Source: Xenococcaceae cyanobacterium (GTDB lineage Bacteria > Cyanobacteriota > Cyanobacteriia > Cyanobacteriales > Xenococcaceae). From it: DNA of 64,000 nt. Under the pieces are notes generated by a model, which saw nothing but the letters and a program-made list of their open reading frames with translations, ran no database searches and was not told where the DNA came from. This document shows positions 35,405 through 45,458 of the stretch, piece by piece (within the stretch, counting starts at the first letter, position 1; each line of letters begins with the position of its first letter). Location: NCBI GenBank assembly GCA_051439545.1, contig JBFRWK010000058.1, positions 31,126 to 95,125 of the forward strand. The letters are read 5' to 3'. The position numbers and the translations under genes were made by a program.

Positions 35405-38400
35405 TTGTCAACAAGTCTAACCCTACAACAACAAGAAGCTGCCTACGCAGATACCAGTATAGTAGTCACAGCAGGAGCGGGAACTGGTAAAACTCATATG
35501 CTGGCAGAGCGATATTTGTATTACATAGAAAAATGTAATTTATCCCCATTACAGATAGTAGCAGTTACCTTTACCGAAAAAGCAGCGATAGAATTGCGAT
35601 CGCGCATTCGTTCTCTTATTAACCAAAGATTACCTGAAAGAAGAAAAATTTTAGCAGAATTAGAAGCAGCGCAAATTAGTACAATTCATGCTCTTGCTAG
35701 TCGTATTTGTGAGGAACATTATGAATTTGCGGATGTAACTGCAAGTTTTACCGTACTCGATGATATTCAAGACAAAATTTGGTTAACTGACAGTTTACAA
35801 ACTGCTTTATCTAAATTGCCCAGACAATTTTATGAGACAATTCCTTACTCTTTAATGTCTGAGAGTCTTAATAATTTACTAAACGATCCTTACACGGCTA
35901 AAAAGGCACTCGATCGAGGTATTCAAGACTGGTCAAAATTAATAACTAAAGCACGTCAACAAGGGTTAATTGAGTTAGTAAATCATCCTGTTTGGCATAA
36001 TGCCTGGTCTATTTTACACCAACATCAAGGAAAAGCAGGAGATAAATTAGAAACTCTCCGTCAGCAAGTAGTAATAGCTATGACGGATCTAGAGGCAGAG
36101 GAGAATATAGCTGAAGCTCTAGCCATTTTAAATAAAATAAAAGTAAATATGGGCAGTAAAAAAAGTTGGGAAGAAGGAATTCTGCCAATTGTTAAAGAGA
36201 CACTGACATCTTTACGAGAATTAGTTAAAGAAATAAGTAAACAGGGATTAATTGACTTGGATTTGGGTGCAGCAGATGAACAACTCCAGCAAATGTTACC
36301 TGCTTTAAGCACCGCTTATCAGGAAGTTTTTACTTATTTAGCAAAACAAAAAAAACAACAGAGATTATTAAGTTTTACCGATTTAGAAATTTACGCAATT
36401 CAAGCTTTAAAGCATCAAGAGATAAGAGACTACTATCAGCAAAGATGGCAAGTATTTTTAGTAGATGAATTTCAAGATACAAATCCCACCCAAGCAGAAT
36501 TAATAGCTAATTTAACCCAAAAAGCATATTTAACTATTGTTGGAGATATTAAACAGTCAATTTATGGTTTTCGCCGTGCGGATATTAAAGTTTTTGAATA
36601 TTTTAAACAACAAATTCTGAATAATAAAGGTAAAGAAGTTATTCTCAGTGAAAGTTTTCGCACCCATCAAACCTTAGTAAAGCAAATTAACAATATTTTC
36701 GCTGGTTTATTTGGTAAATATCATCAGGAATTAAATGCTGTCCGTCAATGGGAAAATAGTAAAGAAACTCAATCGATCGAGTCTTTTATCCAAGTATTTG
36801 CCGTTGAAGCCGATAAAGAAAATAATAAAAACGAACGCCAACAGGTAGAAGCTACTCATCTAGCTAATAAACTTCAACAAATGTTAGCAGAAAAGACCCC
36901 AGTATATGACAAACAGACGCAAAAACTACGCCCATTACAACCAAAAGATATTGCTATTTTAACTCGTACTTGGCAACCCTTAGAAACCTATAGTGAAGCC
37001 TTAGCAGCAGTGGGAATTCCTGTTGCACCTGCGGGGGGTGGTAATTTACTCGCAACCAGAGAAGCTAAAGATGGTTATACTCTATTGCGTTTTTTAGTCG
37101 ATCGCCGCGATAATATTGCTTTAATTGCCCTGTTAAGAAGTCCTTTTTTTGCTATAAGCGATCGCCTTTTCTTTAAACTAAGTAGAGAAGTAGAAACTAA
37201 GGAGATTGATTGGTGGACGATAATTAAAACTAACCCTATAAAAGAACTAGAACATCCTCTAGAAGTACTGAACCAATTACTCGATCGAGCAAAAGAAGAA
37301 GCCCCTTCGCGTATTTTACAACTAGTCGATCGCTTGACGGGATATACTGCGGTTATTGCTAACTTAAATAGAGCCAAACGCAGATTAGCAGACTGGCAGG
37401 GATTTATCAATTTAGTTAAAGAATTAGAACAGGGTACAGACGATCTCTTTGGAGTAGTGCGCCGTCTCAAGCGTTTATTTGAGGAAGAAATAACCATTCC
37501 TTGCCCTCTTCTAGAAACAGATAATGCAGTTTCTTTAATGACTATTTTTGCTGCCAAAGGTTTAGAGTGGTCATTAGTAGTGGTAGCGGATTTAAGTAAA
37601 GAACGTCCCAATAAATCTCCCTCAGTATATTTTGATGCAAATTTAGGAGTTGCCCTCAAACATCAAGATGAACGAGGAGAAACGCAAAAACCCGTCCTCT
37701 ATACTTGGTTGGAATATCGACAAAAACGAAGAGAAGCAGAAGAAGCAATTCGCATTCTTTATGTAGCCTTAACTAGAGCGAGAGATTATCTCATTCTCAG
37801 CGCAACCGAACCAGATAAAGGAGATTTCGCTAGATTAAGCCCTGGTTTAGAATCTGCCCAAATTCCCATACACCTAATATCCACCTCTGTCCTCCAGCAC
37901 CCCAGCACCCCAGCACCCCAGCACCCCCACAGCCCCACAGCCGTATCCCTACTCCTCAACCATTTAGGTTCTGGTATATCCGAACTACCCGTAACGGCGT
38001 TAAGTGAATATGCCCGTTGTCCCCAACGTTTTTACTTTCGGTTTATAGAAGGGCATCCAGGTTTAGGAGAAGGTGTTGCTTACAGTATGCAGGTAGGAAC
38101 TTTAGTCCATAAAGCCTTGGAACATAATTTATTTAATGTGATGAGTTTATCTCCTTTTGCCGAAGCTAGTTGGAGTCACGAAGTTATTCAAGAAGCAGTT
38201 AACCTGGCACGGAGATTTCAACAAGCCCCAGTTTATGAACCATGGCGTGAAAATGCTATCGCTAAAGAAAAACAAGTTAGGTTGCAACTAAAAGAAATAA
38301 CTTTTATTGGTGTAGTGGATTTAGTCGGAGATAATTGGATCTTAGATTATAAAAGCGATCGATCTATTTCTCCTCACCATCATCGGTTTCAACTATGGGC

Positions 38401-38614
38401 TTATGCTCGTGCTTTAGAATACCCAGAGGCACATATTGCCTATCTCCGTCACGACTATTTACATAGTTTTACCGCAGCAGAATTAAACAGTCTCACTCCA
38501 GAAGTAGAAAAATTAGTCACTCAAATTAGTGCGGGTAATTACCAAGCCAAACCTTCAGAAGATAATTGTTGTGTTTGTCCTTATTTGGCTATATGTGATT
38601 TTGCTATTTTTTGA
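35405..38614 (+). CDS. UvrD/Rep-type helicase fused to a C-terminal PD-(D/E)XK (Cas4/AddB-like, Cys-rich) nuclease; AddA/RecB-like
   Basis: Walker A 'AGAGTGKTHMLAERY', 'LVDEFQDTNP', 'TIFAAKGLEW', 'LYVALTRAR'. Nuclease part 'YARCPQRFYFRF', 'VDLV..LDYKSD', terminal 'CCVCPYLAIC'. TTG start. Confidence 0.8.
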   Translation: MSTSLTLQQQEAAYADTSIVVTAGAGTGKTHMLAERYLYYIEKCNLSPLQIVAVTFTEKAAIELRSRIRSLINQRLPERRKILAELEAAQISTIHALASRICEEHYEFADVTASFTVLDDIQDKIWLTDSLQTALSKLPRQFYETIPYSLMSESLNNLLNDPYTAKKALDRGIQDWSKLITKARQQGLIELVNHPVWHNAWSILHQHQGKAGDKLETLRQQVVIAMTDLEAEENIAEALAILNKIKVNMGSKKSWEEGILPIVKETLTSLRELVKEISKQGLIDLDLGAADEQLQQMLPALSTAYQEVFTYLAKQKKQQRLLSFTDLEIYAIQALKHQEIRDYYQQRWQVFLVDEFQDTNPTQAELIANLTQKAYLTIVGDIKQSIYGFRRADIKVFEYFKQQILNNKGKEVILSESFRTHQTLVKQINNIFAGLFGKYHQELNAVRQWENSKETQSIESFIQVFAVEADKENNKNERQQVEATHLANKLQQMLAEKTPVYDKQTQKLRPLQPKDIAILTRTWQPLETYSEALAAVGIPVAPAGGGNLLATREAKDGYTLLRFLVDRRDNIALIALLRSPFFAISDRLFFKLSREVETKEIDWWTIIKTNPIKELEHPLEVLNQLLDRAKEEAPSRILQLVDRLTGYTAVIANLNRAKRRLADWQGFINLVKELEQGTDDLFGVVRRLKRLFEEEITIPCPLLETDNAVSLMTIFAAKGLEWSLVVVADLSKERPNKSPSVYFDANLGVALKHQDERGETQKPVLYTWLEYRQKRREAEEAIRILYVALTRARDYLILSATEPDKGDFARLSPGLESAQIPIHLISTSVLQHPSTPAPQHPHSPTAVSLLLNHLGSGISELPVTALSEYARCPQRFYFRFIEGHPGLGEGVAYSMQVGTLVHKALEHNLFNVMSLSPFAEASWSHEVIQEAVNLARRFQQAPVYEPWRENAIAKEKQVRLQLKEITFIGVVDLVGDNWILDYKSDRSISPHHHRFQLWAYARALEYPEAHIAYLRHDYLHSFTAAELNSLTPEVEKLVTQISAGNYQAKPSEDNCCVCPYLAICDFAIF
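37895..37926 (+). repeat. (CAGCACCC) x4 octanucleotide repeat inside the helicase-nuclease CDS
   Basis: Counted directly, and followed by the related 'ccacagccccacagcc'. It encodes the Pro/His-rich linker 'QHPSTPAPQHPHSPTA'. Confidence 0.9.
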
Positions 38615-38657
38615 TTAGTTTGTATTTTAGATAAATTATAAGAGTAAATAAACTTGT

Positions 38658-39761
38658 CTAATGAATTTGATATTGCATTCCTGGTAACTGAGTAATTAAT
38701 CCCATTAATTCTAGTTGAGATAGAGAAGCTAAAACAAAACCTGTTTCTAATTTTGTTTGCTGTACGATCGCATCTAAGGAAATAGGTACAGTAGTAATAG
38801 TTTGATAGATTTGCGCTAATTTTGGTTCTAATTCTGGTAGTGGCGATGAAGTCGATTTGGGTGTGTCTAACTGGGGTATAGTTCCCAACATTTCTAACAA
38901 ATGTGCCTCACTTAAAATAAGATGCGCCCCGCGATTGAGTAATTCTAGACTACCAAGACATTTTTGATTATCCAAAGCACCAGGTAAAACATAGACATCT
39001 CGCCCAAATTCGTTAGCAAAACGAGAGGTAATTAACGCTCCCGATTTTATAGGTGCTTCCATAACGATCGCTGCCCGACATAAACCAGCAATAATTCGAT
39101 TACGAGGGGGAAAATTAGCCGAATTTGGGGGTGTACTCGCAGGATATTCGGTTAAAATAAGACCTTGCTCCTGAATTTGTTGATATAGCTGACGATTACT
39201 AGCAGGATAAATTATATCTACCCCCGTACCGAGGACAGCAATAGTCCTGCCTCCTGCTGCAAGACAAGCTAGATGGGCTTCTGTATCTATTCCTGCTGCC
39301 ATCCCCGAAACGATAGTAAAATCATGCTCCGCTAAAACCTTACTAATTTTGCGCGTCCAGCGTTTACCATATTCGCTAGGATAGCGTGTCCCTACGATCG
39401 CGATCGTTTTTTTAACTCCCAGATTTTCATCTAAGTTCACTTTTCCTCGATAGTGCAGAATTGGCGGAGGACTGGGTATTTCTAGTAATAGACGGGGATA
39501 TTCTGACTCTGTCGGTGTCCAAAAGTGAGAATTTTGACGACTATATTCTCTAAGTATTTTGTCGGGATCGAGGCGCGATCGCTCTTGTTCAATTTTAGCA
39601 ATTAATTTTGTACCAAAACCTTCTATGGCAGCAAATTCATGTCCTGGTGCAGTCCAAGCTAATGCCATATTGCCGAAGTGTTTGTGTATCCTTTGGAGTA
39701 AAATTGCACCCAGACCATTTATTTGTAACCAAGCTAGCCAATAGGCTTTGTCATTTGTCAT
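38658..39761 (-). CDS. dprA: DNA-processing protein A (Smf)
   Basis: 'IAIVGTRYPSEYGKRWT', 'IVSGMAAGIDTEAH', 'TIAVLGTGVDIIYPASN', 'PRNRIIAGL' are typical DprA Rossmann-fold motifs. Confidence 0.85.
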   Translation of the reverse strand: MTNDKAYWLAWLQINGLGAILLQRIHKHFGNMALAWTAPGHEFAAIEGFGTKLIAKIEQERSRLDPDKILREYSRQNSHFWTPTESEYPRLLLEIPSPPPILHYRGKVNLDENLGVKKTIAIVGTRYPSEYGKRWTRKISKVLAEHDFTIVSGMAAGIDTEAHLACLAAGGRTIAVLGTGVDIIYPASNRQLYQQIQEQGLILTEYPASTPPNSANFPPRNRIIAGLCRAAIVMEAPIKSGALITSRFANEFGRDVYVLPGALDNQKCLGSLELLNRGAHLILSEAHLLEMLGTIPQLDTPKSTSSPLPELEPKLAQIYQTITTVPISLDAIVQQTKLETGFVLASLSQLELMGLITQLPGMQYQIH

Positions 39762-39774
39762 TGGTTGGTTGGTA

Positions 39775-39793
39775 GGGGCGCAAGGCTTGCGCC
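39775..39793. repeat. REP-like GC palindrome immediately upstream of dprA
   Basis: 'GGGCGCAAGgCTTGCGCCC' has 9-bp perfect arms. Its style matches the palindrome at 8751-8778. Confidence 0.5.
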
Positions 39794-39926
39794 CGTTGTT
39801 AGTGGTTATCCAAGCTAAAAGCTAAGAGCTATGAAAGCTTTTTTTAATTAGTAAAGTATACTCCGATCGACAAGAAACTATTAACAAAAAACAGGGTTTT
39901 AATGTACCTCAACAATATAATAATTG

Positions 39927-40757
39927 CTATAATTTTTTTCTACGTAACCAGATGCCAAATCCTGTCAATGCTAATCCTAGAGTAGGAGAAAAGTTAAAAG
40001 GTACAGAAGAAACAGAAATAGCTCCTAAAGTAAAATTGCCATAAGCTTGACCTGTATTATCTCCGAGAAACAGAAAATTTTCTGTTTCGTAGGGATTAAA
40101 AAGAAGAGGGGGATCGCTAGCGGAAGGAGTGAAATTATAAATACGTAAAGCACCATTTAAAATTGGCGTTGTTGTGGAATTAGCAAATAGCTCATATCCA
40201 TTACTATCGACTTTTAATTCATAACTGTTAAAAGTACTAGTTGGAAAATTATTAGTAGTTTCTTCTCTAATAAAATTGCTACTTTGAGCAAAAATTCGAT
40301 CGCGATCGAATCCCAATTCTATACCTTCATTATTTGTGCCTATGACAGTAATGCTAAAAGCTGCGCGATCGTCACTTAGATCGGTAAAATCATTATTATT
40401 ACTATCCAAAGCAACAGTAAAAAAGATACTGTAGCCAGTGTCTCGATCGAGACGGGGAAATCCTGAATTAATCGGGACTAATTCTGAAGTATTTAAGGGA
40501 TTAGGAAGATGATTTGTGTAACCCGAATATTCCGCATTATTGGCATTACTAACTATTTCTACGCCATTAGCAACGATACTTTTTTGCATAAGTACAGGTT
40601 GCCCTGCTGAATCTAAGGCTGCGGAATCTAGATAGTTTTGGCTTTCTGGTAAGCCCGAACCATTATAAAGATTAACAGATAAGGCTTGAGTAGGATTAGT
40701 TTGAAATAGCAAAATTGAACTTAAGCTAAGTATACTTACTATCTGTCTATTATTCAT
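39927..40757 (-). CDS. secreted protein with a PEP-CTERM-like C-terminal sorting signal
   Basis: Signal peptide 'MNNRQIVSILSLSSILLFQTNPTQALS'. C-terminus 'SVPFNFSPTLGLALTGFGIWLRRKKL' (motif + TM helix + basic tail). Start moved to the internal ATG. Confidence 0.55.
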   Translation of the reverse strand: MNNRQIVSILSLSSILLFQTNPTQALSVNLYNGSGLPESQNYLDSAALDSAGQPVLMQKSIVANGVEIVSNANNAEYSGYTNHLPNPLNTSELVPINSGFPRLDRDTGYSIFFTVALDSNNNDFTDLSDDRAAFSITVIGTNNEGIELGFDRDRIFAQSSNFIREETTNNFPTSTFNSYELKVDSNGYELFANSTTTPILNGALRIYNFTPSASDPPLLFNPYETENFLFLGDNTGQAYGNFTLGAISVSSVPFNFSPTLGLALTGFGIWLRRKKL

Positions 40758-40857
40758 TAAATATAAAGGATTAATAAAGTTATACTCGCCTAGTATAACC
40801 AATCATTTTTTAACGATCGATATAGTAAAAATACTCGAATATTTAATAAATAAACTA

Positions 40858-42033
40858 TTAATTAGTCTGTAAGAATACCGATATTTTTTCTGCTGCTAAT
40901 TCTAATATTTCTGGTTCTGTTACTAAGGCAAAACGAACATAACCTTCTCCTGCTTTACCAAAACCAGCCCCAGGAGAAACCGCTACACCAGTTTGAGCTA
41001 CTAATTTAGTACAAAAATCGATCGAATTATGCTGCCAAGGTTCGGGTAATTTTGCCCAAATATACATAGTTGCTTCTGGTTTGGGTACTTGCCAACCAAT
41101 TTTATTTAATGCAGTAATAAAAGTATCTCTTCTAGCTTGAAAAATTGCTACAGTTTTCTCTACAGATTCTGGGGAACTAGATAGAGCAGTAACTGCACCA
41201 TTTAAAATACCTAAATACTGATTAAAATCGACTATAGCTTTGATTTGTCTGAGGGCTTTAATTAAATCTTGATTGCCAATAGCATAACCAACCCGAAAAC
41301 CTCCCATACTATAAGATTTAGACATCGTAAAAAACTCGATCGAAATTTCTTTATCGGGATCGGCTTGTAAAATTGATGGTGGTTTAGCTTGGTTTTCAAA
41401 GACAATATCCGCGTAAGGAAAATCGTGAACCAAAACTAAATTATGTTGACGACAAAAATCTACTGCTTCTTTAAAAAAAGATAAAGAGGCGATCGCTGTT
41501 GTAGGATTATGAGGATAACTCAAGACCATCATTTTCGCCTGAGATACAACAGCATTGGGAACATCGGCGAAAACTGGTAAAAACTGATTTTCTGCCAGTA
41601 AAGGCATCGGGTAAATTTGCCCTCCTGCTAGATATACGCCACCAGCATGGGAAGGATAACCAGGATCGAGCAAAAGAGCAAAATCTCCAGGATTGATGAT
41701 AGCTAACGGTAAATGTGCCGTACCTTCTTGAGAACCAATTAAAGATAATACTTCGGTTTCCGCATCGACAACAATCCCAAATCTATCTGTATACCATTTA
41801 GCTGCTGCCTGACGAAAAGCTTTTGTACCATTATGGAGTAAATAACCGTGAGTTGCGCGATCGCGTAAAGAATTTTCTATAGCTACAATGGTATCCTCGT
41901 CTACAGGTAGATCCGACGAACCTAAAGACAAATCGATAATTTCTTGTCCCGCAGCCTTAGCTTGAGCCTTGGCTCGATCCATATCTGCGAATACATTGCT
42001 AGACAAAGATTTTAAACGATGAGCGAATTGCAT
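40858..42033 (-). CDS. class I/II PLP-dependent aminotransferase
   Basis: 'SYPHNPTT', PLP-Lys context 'FTMSKSYSMGGFRVGY', 391 aa. Confidence 0.8.
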   Translation of the reverse strand: MQFAHRLKSLSSNVFADMDRAKAQAKAAGQEIIDLSLGSSDLPVDEDTIVAIENSLRDRATHGYLLHNGTKAFRQAAAKWYTDRFGIVVDAETEVLSLIGSQEGTAHLPLAIINPGDFALLLDPGYPSHAGGVYLAGGQIYPMPLLAENQFLPVFADVPNAVVSQAKMMVLSYPHNPTTAIASLSFFKEAVDFCRQHNLVLVHDFPYADIVFENQAKPPSILQADPDKEISIEFFTMSKSYSMGGFRVGYAIGNQDLIKALRQIKAIVDFNQYLGILNGAVTALSSSPESVEKTVAIFQARRDTFITALNKIGWQVPKPEATMYIWAKLPEPWQHNSIDFCTKLVAQTGVAVSPGAGFGKAGEGYVRFALVTEPEILELAAEKISVFLQTN

Positions 42034-42298
42034 AGTTTATTTAAACTTTTCTTATAATTCATTTTGGCAGGTAATCTAAATTTTAACTATAGCAACGTAT
42101 AATCGCGTGTAAGAATGTGAGCATCAATGTCTTTTGTTGATAGTTGTATAGTTGAACGAGTAGTTTAAATTTAGTTTTTCTTTAATAATCGCTCCTGATT
42201 GCTATAAAATAAGAAGTTGGTCTTCTGAAGCTTTGGAATCGAACCTAAACTTAAACTGTTGCAACTATTGTCGAGATTGACTGACTAACTAAAATATT

Positions 42299-44404
42299 AT
42301 GGTAGACTCTATTCGCATTCTGATGTGTACTCCCGACCACTACGACGTGGATTACGTAATTAATCCTTGGATGGAGGGAAATATTCACAAATCTTCTCGC
42401 GATCGCGCTGTAGAACAATGGCAAAAATTACACTATATTCTCAAAGATTTAGCCGTTGTCGATTTAGTCACTCCGCAAAAAGGTTGGCCAGATATGGTAT
42501 TTACCGCCAATGCAGGGTTAGTCTTGGGAAATAATGTGGTTCTCAGTCGCTTTTTCCATGAAGAAAGACAAGGAGAAGAACCCCATTTCAAAGAATGGTT
42601 TGAAGACAATGGCTTTAACGTTTATGAACTAGACGAAGATGTACCCTTTGAAGGTGCAGGGGATGCCCTATTAGATCGAGAAGGACGTTGGTTATGGGCG
42701 GGCTACGGTTTTCGTTCGGAATTAGATTCTCATCCTTCTATTGCCCAGTGGTTGGATATCGAGGTACTCTCTTTACGTTTAATCGATGAGCGTTTTTATC
42801 ATCTCGATACTTGCTTTTGTCCCCTAACAGGCGGTTATCTCCTTTATTATCCTGGGGCTTTTGATTCCTATTCCAATCATCTGATCGAAATGCGCGTACC
42901 TGCACAGAAGCGTATTGCCATAGAAGAAGCAGATGCAGTTAATTTTGCTTGTAATGCAGTTAATGTCGATCGCACCATTGTGATGAATAAAGCCAGCGAT
43001 CGTCTGAAACAAAGACTGCAAGCAGTTGGCTTTACCATAATAGAAACTCCCCTAACAGAATTTTTAAAAGCTGGTGGTGCAGCTAAATGTCTGACTCTAA
43101 GGATCACCGAACCTGTTTTAGAAGATGTTCATGCCAATAAACCCCTTGAAACCCGTATTATTCGCATGGAAGGGCATCTACTAGACGCAGGAATTATGAA
43201 TAAAGCCCTCGATTTAGTTGTGGAAAATGGGGGGAGTTTTAAAGTACTGAATTTTAATTTGGGTATCGAAAGGCAGAGTACCTCTGTCGCTGATGTGAGA
43301 ATATCTGCCCCTTCTCATGAATTAATGGAAGATATTTCGCAGCAGCTAATTGAATTAGGTGCATTTACGCCTCCAGAAGATATTCGCGATATTACAACCG
43401 AAACTGTAACTAAAGCAGGAGTAGCCCCCGATGATTTTTACGTTACGACCATTTATCCCACAGAAGTACGAGTAAATGGGGAGTGGGTAAGAGTCCAACA
43501 ACAGCGAATGGATGGAGCAATTGTAGTTGGAGAAACTAGTAATGCCACCTCAGCCCGTTGTAAAATTTTACGGGATTTAGCCATAGGCGATCGCGTAGTT
43601 GTCGGCAGTGAAGGTATTCGCACCGTCAGAAAACCCGAATCACGGGAACAACGTAGCAGCCAAGAATTTAGCTTTATGGGGGCTGGAGTTTCCAGCGAAC
43701 GCAGAGTCGAGTTAGTTGTCGAACAAATTGCCTGGGAACTCCGCCAAATTCGCGATCGCGGTGGTAAAGTTGTAGTAACTGCCGGCCCTGTGGTAATTCA
43801 TACAGGAGGAGCAGAACATTTATCTAATCTTATTAGTAATGGTTATGTTCAAGCTCTTTTAGGTGGAAATGCGATCGCCGTCCATGATATCGAACAAGCT
43901 TTGATGGGAACTTCTTTAGGTGTAGATATGCAAAAAGGAGTACCTGTTAGGGGAGGACATCGTCACCATCTCAAAGTAATTAATACTATTCGTCGTTGTG
44001 GTAGTATCCCTCAAGCTGTAGAACAAGGAATCTTGACCCAAGGAGTGATGTACCAATGTGTCAAGCATAATGTACCCTTCTGTTTAGCTGGCTCAATTCG
44101 CGATGATGGCCCTCTACCAGATACAGAAATGGATTTAATTAAAGCTCAAGCCAGATATGCTGAGTTACTAGAAGGTACAGACATGATCTTAATGCTTTCT
44201 ACTATGTTGCATTCTATTGGTGTGGGCAATATGACCCCCGCAGGAGTCAAAATGGTTTGTGTCGATATTAATCCTGCGGTCGTAACCAAATTAAGCGATC
44301 GAGGTTCGGTAGAATCAGTAGGCATAGTGACTGATGTTGGTCTTTTCCTCAGTCTACTAGTCAATCAATTAGACAAGTTAACTAGTCCCTATAATCTTGT
44401 TTAA
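42299..44404 (+). CDS. argZ: bifunctional arginine dihydrolase / LOR-SDH-type C-terminal domain protein (ArgZ/AgrE family)
   Basis: 701 aa. N-terminal guanidino-group-modifying fold ('MCTPDHYDVDYVINPWM', 'HLDTCFCPL', 'GGAAKCLTL'). Long C-terminal domain as in Synechocystis Sll1336 / Anabaena Alr4995. Confidence 0.75.
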   Translation: MVDSIRILMCTPDHYDVDYVINPWMEGNIHKSSRDRAVEQWQKLHYILKDLAVVDLVTPQKGWPDMVFTANAGLVLGNNVVLSRFFHEERQGEEPHFKEWFEDNGFNVYELDEDVPFEGAGDALLDREGRWLWAGYGFRSELDSHPSIAQWLDIEVLSLRLIDERFYHLDTCFCPLTGGYLLYYPGAFDSYSNHLIEMRVPAQKRIAIEEADAVNFACNAVNVDRTIVMNKASDRLKQRLQAVGFTIIETPLTEFLKAGGAAKCLTLRITEPVLEDVHANKPLETRIIRMEGHLLDAGIMNKALDLVVENGGSFKVLNFNLGIERQSTSVADVRISAPSHELMEDISQQLIELGAFTPPEDIRDITTETVTKAGVAPDDFYVTTIYPTEVRVNGEWVRVQQQRMDGAIVVGETSNATSARCKILRDLAIGDRVVVGSEGIRTVRKPESREQRSSQEFSFMGAGVSSERRVELVVEQIAWELRQIRDRGGKVVVTAGPVVIHTGGAEHLSNLISNGYVQALLGGNAIAVHDIEQALMGTSLGVDMQKGVPVRGGHRHHLKVINTIRRCGSIPQAVEQGILTQGVMYQCVKHNVPFCLAGSIRDDGPLPDTEMDLIKAQARYAELLEGTDMILMLSTMLHSIGVGNMTPAGVKMVCVDINPAVVTKLSDRGSVESVGIVTDVGLFLSLLVNQLDKLTSPYNLV

Positions 44405-44536
44405 TTAATAGATAAGTTGCCAATGCTACCTCCTGATGATGAGATACAAGGTAGTATGGTTTTCTTTCTCATACTCATATTCATAAAATCCTCAATCTCG
44501 GTCAACTTGGGGATTTTTTACTTTTTTGACCTCTAA

Positions 44537-44743
44537 ATTTTAACCGAAAAAACTCTTACCAATAATACTCATAATATGCAGCAAGCCACCAGGGTGGCAG
44601 ACATGACCGCTTTTTTCAATGCAGAAGAAGGAGAATCGGGCAATCGCTTTGGTTATTTAGTAGAGTACGAGCGCACGGAAAATATCTTTCAAAATCCCCA
44701 AGAAGAATCTACCCAGAAATATGTTAGCGGACATTTTGGCTAA
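44537..44743 (+). pseudogene. pstB: 3' remnant of a phosphate ABC transporter ATPase gene
   Basis: It encodes '..[58 protein letters not shown]', which is the PstB C-terminus (H-loop 'THNMQQA' onward). No Walker A/B part lies upstream. Confidence 0.7.
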
Positions 44744-44837
44744 AAGTTAATTCGTAGTTTGGCGATCGAGTTAGCTAGACTAGAAAAAAGATCGTATTAT
44801 TCAAAAACTATTATTTAATTTTTAAGTAGGATCGAAT

Positions 44838-45383
44838 ATGAAACGCCAAGATAGATACGATTACGATCGTTATAGTCCACCTAAATCTAAATCCTTGGAA
44901 ACTAATAATCCTTTCAGTGTAGCCAAAGCAGCAATTTTAGCTAGCGTTTTTGTCTTAGGTATTGTAGTCGGCATTGCCCTTAACTTTGGAGATAACTCCA
45001 ATCCAGCGAGTATTGATTCTCGCTTAGAGATCGATCGACAAGCACCTAATCCAGAATTATGTCAACAGTTTGGTGCTAGTGCGATCGTAGCAGATATGCG
45101 CTTTTTCCTGACTTTAAATCCTTTTAATGTGTTTGTGAGCCAACCCATGATGCAACCAGGATGTGTTCTCAGACAAAACAACTGGTCAATTCTCGAACAA
45201 CAAAAACTTGTCACTTCCGAACAAGTAAGAGACTGTAAAAGACGGATGAATACTTTTGGCTTTATTAATAACTTAGAAAATTCGCCTAAAATTGACTGTA
45301 TATATCAAAATGATGCTGCTGGTAATTTATTCCTCAATAAACTAGGCAATAATGGAGTTAGACCCGAATCAGAGAATTTTTAG
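44838..45383 (+). CDS. conserved cyanobacterial membrane-anchored protein (DUF3172-like)
   Basis: One TM helix, then 'CQQFGASAIVADMRFFLTLNPFNVFVSQPMMQPGCVLRQNNWSILEQ..CKRRMNTFGF'. Family assignment is from memory. Confidence 0.5.
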   Translation: MKRQDRYDYDRYSPPKSKSLETNNPFSVAKAAILASVFVLGIVVGIALNFGDNSNPASIDSRLEIDRQAPNPELCQQFGASAIVADMRFFLTLNPFNVFVSQPMMQPGCVLRQNNWSILEQQKLVTSEQVRDCKRRMNTFGFINNLENSPKIDCIYQNDAAGNLFLNKLGNNGVRPESENF

Positions 45384-45458
45384 CGATTGTTAATCATGGT
45401 GTGGCGTAAATAAACAACTTTGGTAATCTAGAAATTCAGAGCTAGTAGCTTATAGCTA

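Noticed and set aside
37075-37659. 194-aa minus-strand ORF inside the helicase-nuclease gene
   Set aside because: It is antisense to a CDS with clear helicase motifs. Its basic, low-complexity product is typical of an antisense artefact in AT-rich DNA.
42034-42298. NtcA-type GTA-N8-TAC box in the argZ / aminotransferase divergent promoter
   Set aside because: Several GTA triplets are present, but none has a TAC exactly 8 nt downstream in my reading.
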